From Macrostomum lignano (Eukaryota), in the NCBI GenBank assembly GCA_002269645.1, contig NIVC01004321.1:1-50640 (forward strand): a stretch of DNA of 50,640 nt, given 5' to 3'. The stretch's first letter is position 1. Every line of letters begins with the position of its first letter. The notes beneath the pieces were generated by a model. That model ran no database searches. It saw only the letters and a list, made by a program, of their open reading frames with translations, and was not told the origin of the DNA. Shown piece by piece: positions 23,701 through 35,100 of the stretch. The translations under genes were made by a program, and so were the position numbers.

Positions 23701-24673
23701 TTAGTTAAGTTTGAACAAAATCGGTCCAGCCATTTTTTCTCTAATCGATCACATAGATAGATAGATAGATAGACACAGACAGACCATTTTTAGTATATTG
23801 GACTAGTTTGTTCTCTCCAGCTGTCGATCAAGTTCGTGAACATCATTGCATAGATGGTCCTGGCTGAGTCCGACACGAAAGAACGAAAGATCATGTAGGG
23901 TGTTCTTGCTAAAAACTACAGTCGACGAATACTAATGCAGTGAATCGGTCCTGATCTTCAACGGCTTTGGGAAAGAGTCTCGACTCGACAAGCGGCATCT
24001 TGGACATGTAAAGCCCAATCACTGAAACTGATTCTGAGTTGAATGTTTGATGTGCTAAGTATTGGTCGCACTATGAAGCCACAAGACAATTTTTCTGCTT
24101 TGGCGGCTGTTAAAGTCTGACCAGAACCAATCAGATCATACAAGTTTTGACCATAGACAAACCATTCGGATCAAAATCTACCAATTCAAGTTTTGTCCAT
24201 AGACGAAACATTAGGACCCAATTATGACAAGGCAAAGGCCGAAATGTTGTGTGCCCGGGAAAATAGGGAGGTCAACAGATCCTCTCTTCGCAGCGCTTTT
24301 CAGCCCTCGTACCCATAGGTATTACTACGAGTCTGTTATGAATTCATTCGCTTTCTGTATGAATAGATTAGCTACTCTAACTTTCGTATTTCACATTCCA
24401 GAATTGCGTATCGGTCTTTTGTTTCCTGTGTTCCATTCTACCTTCTTTCTTTTGATGAATTCTGCTTTACTGAAGTCTCATGGACAAAGATTAATTATTT
24501 GACAAACAGTGGGCTAAACAGCTCGTGCATAGACAATCCAAACAGGGCAACTCACCCAGAAGCAGCAGTTTAATATCTTTAGCAGCCTGAAGCCGCTCCC
24601 TTTTTAAATTCCGATCGATCGATTGAGAATTACGGTTGGCTCTATTCTCCTCTGCGCTCAATGTGCATCCCAT
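14750..24673 (-). CDS. GNAO1: Heterotrimeric G protein alpha subunit, Go-like, complete, 354 aa
   Basis: Exons 24673-24556 (118 nt), 19561-19519 (43), 19011-18870 (142), 17143-16854 (290), 15729-15600 (130), 15508-15355 (154), 14937-14750 (188); total 1065 nt, all GT-AG and in phase. Motifs [52 protein letters not shown]-terminal NNLRRCGLY. Confidence 0.95.
14945..15325. repeat. About 41-bp AT-rich tandem repeat (gccgatatgtatcgataaaataaaaaagctagtttgttctt) in the last Galpha intron
   Basis: Tandem units visible. Confidence 0.85.
16320..16540. repeat. 80-bp tandem repeat, about 2.7 copies, Galpha intron
   Basis: Units start at about 16320, 16400 and 16480. Confidence 0.85.
17228..17647. repeat. 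24-bp minisatellite (ggattggcgccatattgggtgtca)
   Basis: Tandem units visible. Confidence 0.92.
17990..18810. repeat. 28-bp minisatellite (gggaggctggcccagcaactggggatct), Galpha intron 3
   Basis: Tandem units; reverse complement of the OSBP intron arrays. Confidence 0.92.
20040..20433 (-). mobile_element. 5'-truncated non-LTR retrotransposon 3' end (I/R1/Loa-like CCHC zinc-knuckle region)
   Basis: 13-bp TSD acaaagctttatt (20027-20039 and 20434-20446); encodes [11 protein letters not shown]...[26 protein letters not shown] to stop at 20131; short aagtc-repeat 3' tail. Confidence 0.8.
20516..20995 (+). mobile_element. RTE-like LINE 3' fragment with inverted 5' segment
   Basis: Plus strand from 20614: [19 protein letters not shown]...[17 protein letters not shown], a 4-nt shift, then [15 protein letters not shown]...[12 protein letters not shown]...* (20992). 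Minus strand 20612-20516: [32 protein letters not shown]. These are consecutive post-RT motifs of RTE-clade elements. Confidence 0.8.
21945..22460. repeat. 23-bp minisatellite (gctgagatgctacattcatcatt), about 22 copies
   Basis: Tandem units visible inside the TIR element. Confidence 0.95.
22473..22660 (+). pseudogene. Fragment of Crypton/DUF3504-type tyrosine recombinase N-terminal region
   Basis: [58 protein letters not shown] fits the L..F....RK.DG..Y.P.SL......IQRHL pattern recalled for Crypton-derived proteins; TAA would be a CAA>TAA change. Confidence 0.65.
23570..23807 (+). mobile_element. Possible non-autonomous rolling-circle (DINE-1/Lep1/Helentron-like) element remnant
   Basis: caaaatcggtccagccatttt followed by a tagatagat/cagacagac microsatellite and an AT-rich end ...tattggactag; resemblance only. 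Confidence 0.35.
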
Positions 24674-27600
24674 TGCTGGTTGCTGGTTTCTTTTTGCTTT
24701 ATTTTCTAAGAGAATAAAGACAGATGATTGTTAAACCTACAGCTCGAAACCAGCTTGATGAAATACACTGCAGACTCGATGCTGACTGGGTCAGTAAGGT
24801 GGTTATTGGCTTTGAGTGGCTTTTTGGAGTTCACAATGCGCGGGAATATGGGAAAAATCCAAAGCCATACAAATTTGTCTGAACACAAGTTCTACTTCGG
24901 TCCTCGCTACTTCGATTGGCCAATCAAAGTTAAGCGCCACTAGCAAGAGATTAAAGCCTTCTATATACTACTCGCGAATGTGTGCAATGCTGAATTATGC
25001 TGATATAGTGAATATTTCTCCTTTAGCCTACTTGTAGTCTCAACTGATTTATATGACAATTTTCAATGCTGATAGTTATCATAAATGGACACTTTGAGCA
25101 CTAAATGGCTATCTGCAATTAAGCAACTTTTTCAAATAGAGTTGTCTGCTCTTAGATCCCTCACTGCCACTCCTTTAAAATCCTCAAGCATTGCTGATTA
25201 CTCTATTGCTCTTTACCTTGACAAGCTCTAGACAGTCCTATACCTGCATTTTTATACTCAATTATCTACCAAAATTGGAATGCTTAATATATATATATAG
25301 CATCAAAAGCTAAACTGTTGTAATCATTTTACTTATTTTTAATATTACTATCTATATTGTCCACAAACTTAAAAATTTGAAATAGCATATCACTTTATTG
25401 TCTTGAATTTTTATATATTTTTTATTCATCATATAAAGATACCAAAAGTCTGCAAACAAAATGGCACCAAAAATAGTGTTATACAATAGAGCCAATAATG
25501 ATACCTAGTGTACGCTAAGGCTAATCCTATTACCAAAAGTTGATAACTTTTAATATAAGTATTCTAGAGTTGTCTATGTTTATACTTTTGCATCTAGGAT
25601 TTTCAATAGCGACATGCATGCTCAATTAGGTAAGCATATTTATGTTGCTTATATTTTCCAATGATTGATCATACCACTTTTATTCTTTACTAATCATCTC
25701 ATCCCATATTAGGCCTAACCTCACTCACATATTGTACACTTTTATTCAACTTATAAATATATTGACCTAGAGAATCTTGCTCAAATGCTTTTTGTTTTTC
25801 CTTTTTCTATAAGAAATGATAGATCCAGGGGAAGGGCAGCTATTTCAAAATGCTTTTAATATCTTTTATCTACCATTGTGTATAGCATATCATAGTTTTT
25901 CTATCTTTAGCTAGTTAGTCTAGCAACTAATAAGCAAAGCTATGACAAGCAAAAAAGATGGTGCCAGAAAGAAAACTCATTTTATATACTATTACAATTC
26001 TTAGTCTATTTAATAAACTAATAAATGAATAGAAAATAAATCATAAATTAAAAAAACTAATAATGAAAATAAACTAAATAGGCCTAGCTCAACTATTTTA
26101 GGTCTATGCATATTCTAGCATACTTCAAAGCATATTAACTTTAAATAATATTAACAAAAGATTTTACTTAATATTTTAGCTAAATCATCTTTTGTGCTTG
26201 CCTTTTTTCCTTCTTTATTCTGGCTTTAATGGTTCTTTGTGTCAAGTGTATCTTAAAAATTATTTTTTTACAAAGCATAAAAATGCATTAATCTCTAGGA
26301 CTAGGGCCTAGGTTTATACTATTTTAAAGCCCCTAAGATATCTACTTGGAAAATAAGAATATTTTGCAAATATGACTTTATAGCCTTTAAAAGACTAAGG
26401 TATACAACAAGGGCTGCTGCACATCCCCCAAAATACCTTGATAGGCCCTATAACATATTGCACCCCTAAAAGCCTAGGTTTACATCTCTAAACTTGATTT
26501 TCTGCCTCCTATATGCATATTTGCATCCCTAGCTTTAATTAAAAAAGCAAACCTAGCTTTAAAATTGGCACCCTAATAGTAATACTCATGTTTTGCCCCA
26601 AACTTGGACCACCCCACCCCAATATGAAACTATAGATCCGCCACTGGTATACAATATACAATTACAAAGCCATGAATTCCAAGATCAAGATCAATAAGTA
26701 GGCCTATATAAAAACCTAAAAGAGTTATAATTTCCTTGGATTTAAGCCAGATAAATGTTTTTAACTTCTATGGTGCTTTTAGATAGAATTCATAGTATTG
26801 ATAGTATTCATTTGGAAAAATAATTCTTTTCATTCAGCATTTAATGCAAGCAATGTTTTTTTAAGAACATGTTGGCCTTCACAACACAGGAAAAATTAAA
26901 CATACAAGTAATGTCAATGGCTATATGGAAATTCCATTCCATCGAATATTAAAAAATAATACTATTAAGTGATTGTATATTTAAAACCATATAAGACCAA
27001 AAAGGTTTTCTCGTAATATACCAGTACGTTTTTACCACTAGCACTGCAGAATTTTTTTAAATCTTGGAAATAACCCTTTTTAATTAGTGGCAGCGTGCTG
27101 ATGTTCCTAGAAAGAGAGTGCGTTAAGTATTTTGCTTTTATCGAAGTCTGTATTAAAACGTTTAACTTAGTTCTGTTACATCAGCTTCGGTCATCAGCAG
27201 CATCCCAGCGTGTTAACTTATTACCTATACGAGCTATAAACCATTATGAAAACAGCTGACTGGTGAACTACATTTGAGTTCATGAAAAAAGTAAATTTTC
27301 ATCGAATTCCACAGCGCTTTTAGCCTCCTAAAATAAAGCGATTTGCTGAAATCAAAAAATCCCACTGCTTCGTTTAATTGGAGAAAACCTTTTCATAATT
27401 AAAAAACGTTCATGGAACAGCTTTGAAACTTTGACTTTAAAACATGTGCATACAGTCGATTATTTTTGCTTGGACACGTAGGAAAGAAAATTGAAATGCA
27501 AAAATGCATCTTTTTATTAAAATTATTACTTTGCACTTCTGAACTCAATTAACACTCGGGCCTGCTTAATTGAGTTTCAGCGTACATAACATTACAATAC

Positions 27601-29320
27601 AATAAATAAATAAAACTCCACATTGGTGCATGTATATCTTTGATATTGTTAATTAAATACATGTGATGGTTACTCCACCTTCACCTAACAAAAAAGTACA
27701 TGTGCGCTCATGAGTCAAGTGAAGATGAACCTTTGACGTGATTCTCCTGAGACTGCCGCATATCTTCGTGAATTTTAATACAAATGAGCATATATTAATT
27801 ATTGAATGTTGACGTACGTACTACATACATGTACATGTACATGTACATCCATTCATATAGTTAATTGCTCCCACATGAAAAATATAAGGTATAATTTCCT
27901 TGCCAGTGTAGAATAGACAACCACCGACAGAGACGTGCTGCGCAGGAGAAAGCTGGATGGTAGAATATAGAATCACCCAAATGAATGTTTTCTGGAGACC
28001 GAACGTACTAAAATAAGTAGGAATCAGTAGAAATGAATGCAGTCTCTTAGCAGATTCTCGAAGCAACCGCGTAGTGCAAGTGATTATTGGTGCATTAATT
28101 ATTCGATATATTAATTTACGCATAAGTATACACGTATTCAATACATCATGAACGTGACTATAGAACAAGTATAGTAAAGAGAATAAATACGTCTAAAGCA
28201 TTTAAACTATACGATAAATAAAGTATAACACATCGAATAACGTTCATAGAAAAAAATTCAATAAAATAACAATATTTTTGGGGGTAATTATTACAATAAA
28301 GGAGGCGCCTTGTTTCTGGTGAAACGCGTATAGATATAGCACATATGCTGCAATCCATAACCTGATATTAGAGGCCTGAAGTATTTTGTGACATCAACTT
28401 AAACATACATGCAATTGAGTCCTCATTACCCAAATAATACATTCGACTGAATCTACTAAAAAATACGCGCTACATGCACCAAAAGTTACTAGCAAGAAAG
28501 CATTGTTAACAAAATACAGACACTAACGTCCCCATAATACTATTATTAGTAAGCAAGAAGAAATCGCGCTTGAAAATGTAAAAAAACGCAAGCAAATGGG
28601 AAATATAAAAACTTGATTGATTGTGCAAATGACTGGACAACTATAAGCAAAGGTGCATTTATAAGCATCTTCATCAAGTATTTGCATATTGATGTAAAGT
28701 AAAAGCTATTCATACAGCAAAAGTAAAGAGATGAGAACCATATGGATAAGAAGGTATATAATCATGGATTCTTGAAAGTTTCAAATCAAAAGAAACAATG
28801 ATGGACCGGGAAATGATAGATTGGACCACATTATTTTATAAGCAAAGGAAGGATCAAAGTGCTTGCAAACGCTTCTTCAATACATGCAATTATCAGCTAC
28901 CATTATGACCCACTCGCAGCTCAAAGTGACTCTTAAGTTTAACAAAACCAGTGCTGATTCAAATACAACTTTATGCTACAAATATATATAGCTTCGAAAA
29001 CTAATAAACGCAAATAAATGATAATAATAGAGAATGAGTATGAACTAGATTGAACGAGCAAGAAATCAAGCACAAACAAACAGGTATGCAAGTAATGTGG
29101 ATGGATTAAAACTAATTCGGTTTGAAGGAAAAATAATCCAAGGATTACCCAGCTTTGCTCTAACCAAAACATCGAACCATACAAACACATTACCTTATAT
29201 AATATATTTAAGTAGAACTATTTAAATCGAACTGTAGACTACTGAAAGCAAAAAAAATTGCGTTTGCTCAAATACCACCCGACAAAAATAATGCAATTTT
29301 CTACTTAAATATGCACTATT

Positions 29321-29585
29321 AGTAGGCAAAAGCGGTCATGCGAATTGTAATCTATGACTACGGGTAGTTAAATTTAACTACTATCAGTAGGCACAAGCGG
29401 TCATGCCAATCGTAATCTAGGACCGCTATTAGTTAAATTTAACTACTATCAGTAGGCGCAAGCGGTCATGCCAATCGTAATCTAGGACCGCTATTAGTTA
29501 AATTTAACTACTATCAGTAGGCGCAAGCGGTCATGCCAATCGTAATCTAGGACCGCTATTAGTTAAATTTAACTACTATCAGTAG
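29321..29585. repeat. 65-bp tandem repeat, about 4 copies, with internal palindromes
   Basis: Unit agtaggcgcaagcggtcatgccaatcgtaatctaggaccgctattagttaaatttaactactatc. Confidence 0.9.
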
Positions 29586-29597
29586 TACCACTAAATT

Positions 29598-31350
29598 GGG
29601 TCTACGACGTTTGCCTGCGGGACGTTTGCCAGCCGACGTTTGCCTGCGGGACGTTTGCCAGCCGAAATTTGCCAGCCGACGTTTGCCAGCCGACGTTTGC
29701 CAGCGGGACGTTTGCCAGCCGAAGTTTGCCTGCCGGACGTTTGCCTGCGGGACGTTTGCCAGCCGACGTTTGCCAGCCGACGTTTGCCAGCCGACGTTTG
29801 CCAGCCGACATTTGCCAGCCGACATTTGCCAGCCGACATTTGCCAGCCGACGTTTGCCAGCGGGACGTTTGCCAGTCGGACGTTTGCCAGCCGACATTTG
29901 CCAGCCGACGTTTGCCTGCCGGACGTTTGCCAGCCGACGTTTGCCAGCCGACGTTTGCCTGCCGGAAGTTTGCCAGCCAAAATTTGCTAGCCAATATAAA
30001 GCCAGTCAGTGAAAAATTTGATACTGAAACATTCGCAGTTTAGCGGTTTGACAAAAACCGTTTTTACTCCAACTTTTTGACGGCCACTCGCATATATACA
30101 AGTTTGAAAGCAAAATCTATAAATTATGAAATTTATGCAAAATCTATATAAATTATGCAATTTATATAGATTTACATCTAATATCCAGTTTAACAACGAT
30201 TTTCTTTGAATGTGAAAATATTGTTTACTTTTGACAATTGTGTATCGTTTTTCCCAGTTTGAGATGTTTGATTTTTGATGTGCGAAAGAAGACGCGCAGA
30301 TTACAACGGGAATCTCCAGCGATTAAGTTATGAGGCAAACAAAAAGAGCTGCTGAGCGGTAATTCTGGCTCATATATTTCTCAGTTCATGGGGAGATCCA
30401 AAAGTAAGCAAATTGATTCCAATGCTGTTGTATTACTACTCAAGTAAGCCAGGAAACCGCGATCTCAACGTACATGTGTAGACGAGTCGAATGCGGTACG
30501 TTTTTATAGTAAGCTATATAGCTGAATAGCCAGACAAACCGCCAGTAGCAAGCTAGTAGAATAGCAAGCGCTAGACACTACGTATGCAAAGCTTAGTCAT
30601 GCCAAGGACTACTAAAGTAGAAGTACGCAGCACTCGAAATCTATGAAAAATGTTTTGAAGGCCATAGGGAGATAGGAAGTTTTCATCTTTTCAGCACAAC
30701 AATTGTTATTGCTTTCATACCAGGCAAACCCAATGTTCATCTTTTGATATGTTGTGCCAAAATCGTTGTTAAACTAGATATTAGACGTTAGACTGATGAA
30801 CTGCATAATTTATATATTTTGCTTTCAAACTTGTATACATGCGAATAACCGTCAAAAAGTTGGAGTAAAAACGGTTTTTGTCAAACCGCTAAACTGCGAA
30901 TGTTTCAGTATCAAATTTTTCACTGACTGGCTTTATATTGGCTAGCAAATTTTGGCTGGCAAACTTCCGGCAGGCAAACGTCGGCTGGCAAACGTCGGCT
31001 GGCAAACGTCCGGCAGGCAAACGTCCGGCAGGCAAACTTCGGCTGGCAAACGTCCCGCCGGCAAACGTCGGCTGGCAAACGTCGGCTGGCAAACGTCGGC
31101 TGGCAAACGTCCCGCAGGCAAACGTCCCGCAGGCAAACGTCGGCTGGCAAACGTCCCGCAGGCAAACGTCGGCTGGCAAATGTCGGCTGGCAAACGTCCG
31201 ACTGGCAAACGTCCCGCCGGCAAACGTCGGCCGGCAAATGTCGGCTGGCAAATGTCGGCTGGCAAATGTCGGCTGGCAAACGTCGGCTGGCAAACGTCCC
31301 GCAGGCAAACGTCGGCCGGCAAACGTCCCGCAGGCAAACGTCGCTATCCC
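29598..31350. mobile_element. Foldback/MULE-type non-autonomous element with long modular TIRs
   Basis: 9-bp TSD cactaaatt (29589-29597 and 31351-31359); arms about 29598-30203 and 30759-31350 are reverse complements, built of gacgtttgccagcc-type modules plus about 200 bp of AT-rich sequence; non-coding centre. Confidence 0.88.
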
Positions 31351-31427
31351 CACTAAATTACAGGGTTTCAGGAAAAAACTGCTCATCCACACAGTTAGCC
31401 CGTTAACAAACCATCGGGCATCAACCA

Positions 31428-31847
31428 TTAAAAAATATCGGCGCAGCGGGTCCAGTCCCGGGCCCAGTAGTCACCAGAGAACAGCCAATCGGCTTCTTTG
31501 CTTCCGCTGTGCGGATTTCGCCACTGCTTGAACCAGAGCCGGCGGGCCTCCAGACCGCCTGCCAGTTTCAACACCTGCCGCTGCTTTTCCTCCAGCCGGG
31601 CCTTCTCCGACTGCGCCAGCTCGCTGTCCGCATTCTCCAACGCGCGCACGTCCGGTCGCCTGCGACTGTCAGTTGGCGGCAGTCGGGCCAGCAGCTCCGC
31701 ATCCGTGTCGTCGTTTAAAGCCATGGCGAAGGCGGTGAAATTGTAGTATTTCTCGCAGTCTGCGGGCCGCGGCCGCTGGCGCCACAGGCAGGTCTGCGAT
31801 TGGCAAAAAATGAAGCTTGCTGGCTTAACTGGGAGGCTGCAGGATGG

Positions 31848-31925
<78 letters not shown>

Positions 31926-31927
31926 GC

Positions 31928-32013
<86 letters not shown>

Positions 32014-32015
32014 GC

Positions 32016-32106
<91 letters not shown>

Positions 32107-35100
32107 TACACTGTCAGCGGCATCACCTGGCCAGACAGGTGCATGTCGGTATCGGCACCGCGGCTTGGCGAGAAGTTGTCCTCGGCGCCGTCGGCGGAGT
32201 TGACGGAGTCCGACTGGCTGCTGCGCAGGCCGCTCTTGTCGACGCCGCTGCCGTTGTTGTCGGGACCGCCGCTTGAAGCCGAAACCGGCTGATCATCGTC
32301 GTCATCGTCGGCGGATTTGGAATCCTGGCGTCGTCGGCGATGGCCTCCACGCTTGAACTGGCCCCACGCGTCGGCGGGCACGCTGCGTTTGGTTGGGGTG
32401 GGGCGATTCTTGAGATGGGATAGGGGCGATTCTTGAGGTGGGATAGGGGCGATTCTTGAGATGGGATAGGGGCGATTCTTGAGGTGGGATAGGGGCGATT
32501 CTTGAGGTGGGATAGGGGCGATTCTTGAGATGGGATAGGGGCGATTCTTGAGGTGGGATAGGGGCGATTCTTGAGATGGGATAGGGGCGATTCTTGAGGT
32601 GGGATAGGGGCGATTCTTGAGATGGGATAGGGGCGATTCTTGAGGTGGGATAGGGGCGATTCTTGAGGTGGGATAGGGGCGATTTTCGAACGTACATCCC
32701 TGGGAGTAAAAGCAGTGTTTAAAATGCCGCGCACCTATAGAAAGCATCGACCCATTTGCCGTACAGCGCCTTCTGCTTCCGGCCCTTCCCGTCGTAGATG
32801 TAGCCGGTGATCCGGTGATAATCGGAGCTGAACCAGGACGACTGGTGCCAGCGGAGCTCGCACCGGTGCCCGGTCCGGTGGTTTGTGATGGTCACATCGC
32901 CGCACTGTGAAGACAACGCAATTGATTATACATAATCTGATCAATGCGCAACATATACTACTGCCTTTAACGATTCAAATGACTCATAATGCGACGAAGA
33001 GGCGACTGTTGAGTCTCGAGCGCATCACGTGAGTTGCAGAATCGTTAAAAATCGCGAAAAGAGTCGCCTAAGAGACGCTGTGTTAGCGCTTAACTTTCTA
33101 CTGACTCAAGTAGTCTAAACAGAGTTTTTATAAATGCGAAATGCGATTCGAATTCATAAAGTGACGCAGATGCGCTTCAGACGCAACTCGGTGATTCTGC
33201 AGCGACTCTGGCACGCCTCAGATGCGACTCTACGGCCCCAGATTTGTTTGTGACATCTCGTCGCCTGAAAGGACTTTGAAGCGACTCTGGAGCGACGTAA
33301 CTCTGGGAAGTGTCTTGGTCTTGCTACTGTTTTCAAACCATGAAAGTCAGACTTACATGTTCAACCCAAAGCTTTCCAAACAAGATATTGTGAACCTTGC
33401 ACGGCACATTCTGATAAGTATAAACTTCATCCCGCTTTGGCAATTCCACGGTAACAACGCCCTTAGGCGCCACGTCGACAGTTTTACCCCAGAAGGACAG
33501 CTTGGGCGACACGCTGCCGTGAAACAGCCAGCTGCCGTCGGCTGCTTCGGCGTGGTAGGCGCTAGTTGGCGGATGGTGCGACACCTGTTCGCAGACTGCG
33601 CGGAACCCGAGATCGCGAGTGCTGGAGAGTTTGCGGTGGCTAAAGGTTAAACCTTTAAGCATATATACAGCCACCCAAGCCTACTGATGGTTGCTGAGGA
33701 TCCGGAATCCTCAGTTGCTGGGCCAGCCTCCCAGATCCCCAGTTGCTGGGCCAGCCTCCCAGATCCCCAGTTGCTGGCCACTAGCCTCCCAGATCCCCAG
33801 TTGCTGAGCCACTAGCCTCCCAGATCCCCAGTTGCTGAGCCAGATCCCCAGTAGCCTCCCAGATCCCCAGTTGCTGGGCCAGCCTCCCAGATCCCCAGTT
33901 GCTGGGCCAGCCTCCCAGATCCCCAGTTGCTGAGCCACTAGCCTCCCAGATCCCCAGTTGCTGGGCCAGCCTCCCAGATCCCCAGTTGCTGGGCCACTAG
34001 CCTCCCAGATCCCCAGTTGCTGGGCCAGCCTCCCAGATCCCCAGTTGCTGGGCCAGCCTCCCAGATCCCCAGTTGCTGGGCCAGCCTCCCAGATCCCCAG
34101 TTGCTGGGCCAGCCTCCCAGATCCCCAGTTGCTGGCCAGCCTCCTAGATCCCCAGTTGCTGGGCCAGCCTCCCAGATCCCAGTTGCTGGGCCACCAGCCT
34201 CCAGATCCCCAGTTGCTGGGCCACCAGCCTCCCAGATCCCCAGTTGCTGGGCCACCAGCCTCCAGATCCCCAGTTGCTGGGCCAGCCCTAGATCCTTGCT
34301 CCAGCCTCCCAGATCCCCAGTTGCTGAGCCACCACAGCCTCCCAGATCCCCAGTTGCTGGGCCACCAGCCTCCCAGATCCTCAGTTGCTGGGCCACCAGC
34401 CTCTCAGATCCCCAGTTGCTGGGCCACCAGCCTCTCAGATCCCCAGTTGCTGGGCCACCAGCCTCTCAGATCCCCAGTTGCTGGGCCAGCCTCTCAGATC
34501 CCCAGTAGCCTCAGATCCCCAGTTGCTGAGCCACTAGCCTCCCAGATCCCTAGTTGCTGGGCTAGCCTCCCAGATCCCAGTTGCTGGGCTAGCCTCCCAG
34601 ATCCCAGTTGCTGGGCCACTATCCTCCCAGATCCCCAGTTGCTGAGCCACCAGCCTCCGAGATCCCCAGTTGCTGGGCCACCAGCCTCCCAGATCCCCAG
34701 TTGCTAAGCCACCAGCCTCCCAGATCCCCAGTTGCTAAGCCACCAGCTTCCCAGTCCCTCAGTTACTGACCAAGAAACGGACGTGTGGGAGTGGCGAGCC
34801 CCAACATGAGGAAATGTCTTACAAATCACAAACAGCAAGCGCACCGCTTACCGATCCAGCTCGTAGGTCTCGCCCTGCAGCGGGTTAAACGGTTTACTCA
34901 ACCGGTCCCAGTTCGATGAGGCCCCAGAAACCACGAGAGCCGCGATGTACTGGCGCAGAAACCAATGGATGAAGTTTGATAGTTAGGAAAGCATATTTGG
35001 AATTTATGCAAGTGGCTGTTAATACCTTATTTCTCCCTTTCCAGCAATAGAAAACAACCTCTAGGACACCTACAGCAATGCAGCTTTCAGATCAAACTTT

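Noticed and set aside
25817-26646. Possible CAGTGGCGGATC-type MITE (tagatccgccactg at about 26633-26646)
   Set aside because: Only one clear end; the partner near 25820 is too degenerate and no TSD is visible
27450-29300. tacatg-rich AT-rich segment (similar one at 44100-45100) suggestive of old TE debris
   Set aside because: No termini, TSD or coding motif identifiable by eye
29321-29585. CRISPR-like palindromic direct repeats
   Set aside because: No unique spacers, no cas genes, eukaryotic context
29559-31531. Multiple ANVGWQTSAGK/DVCQPTFAS ORFs
   Set aside because: Translations of the modular Foldback arms; no transposase motifs
31428-32747. 439-aa single ORF
   Set aside because: Read-through of two stop-free repeat-filled introns; only 32382-32127 and 31793-31428 (plus the end of the 32904-32735 exon region) are OSBP coding
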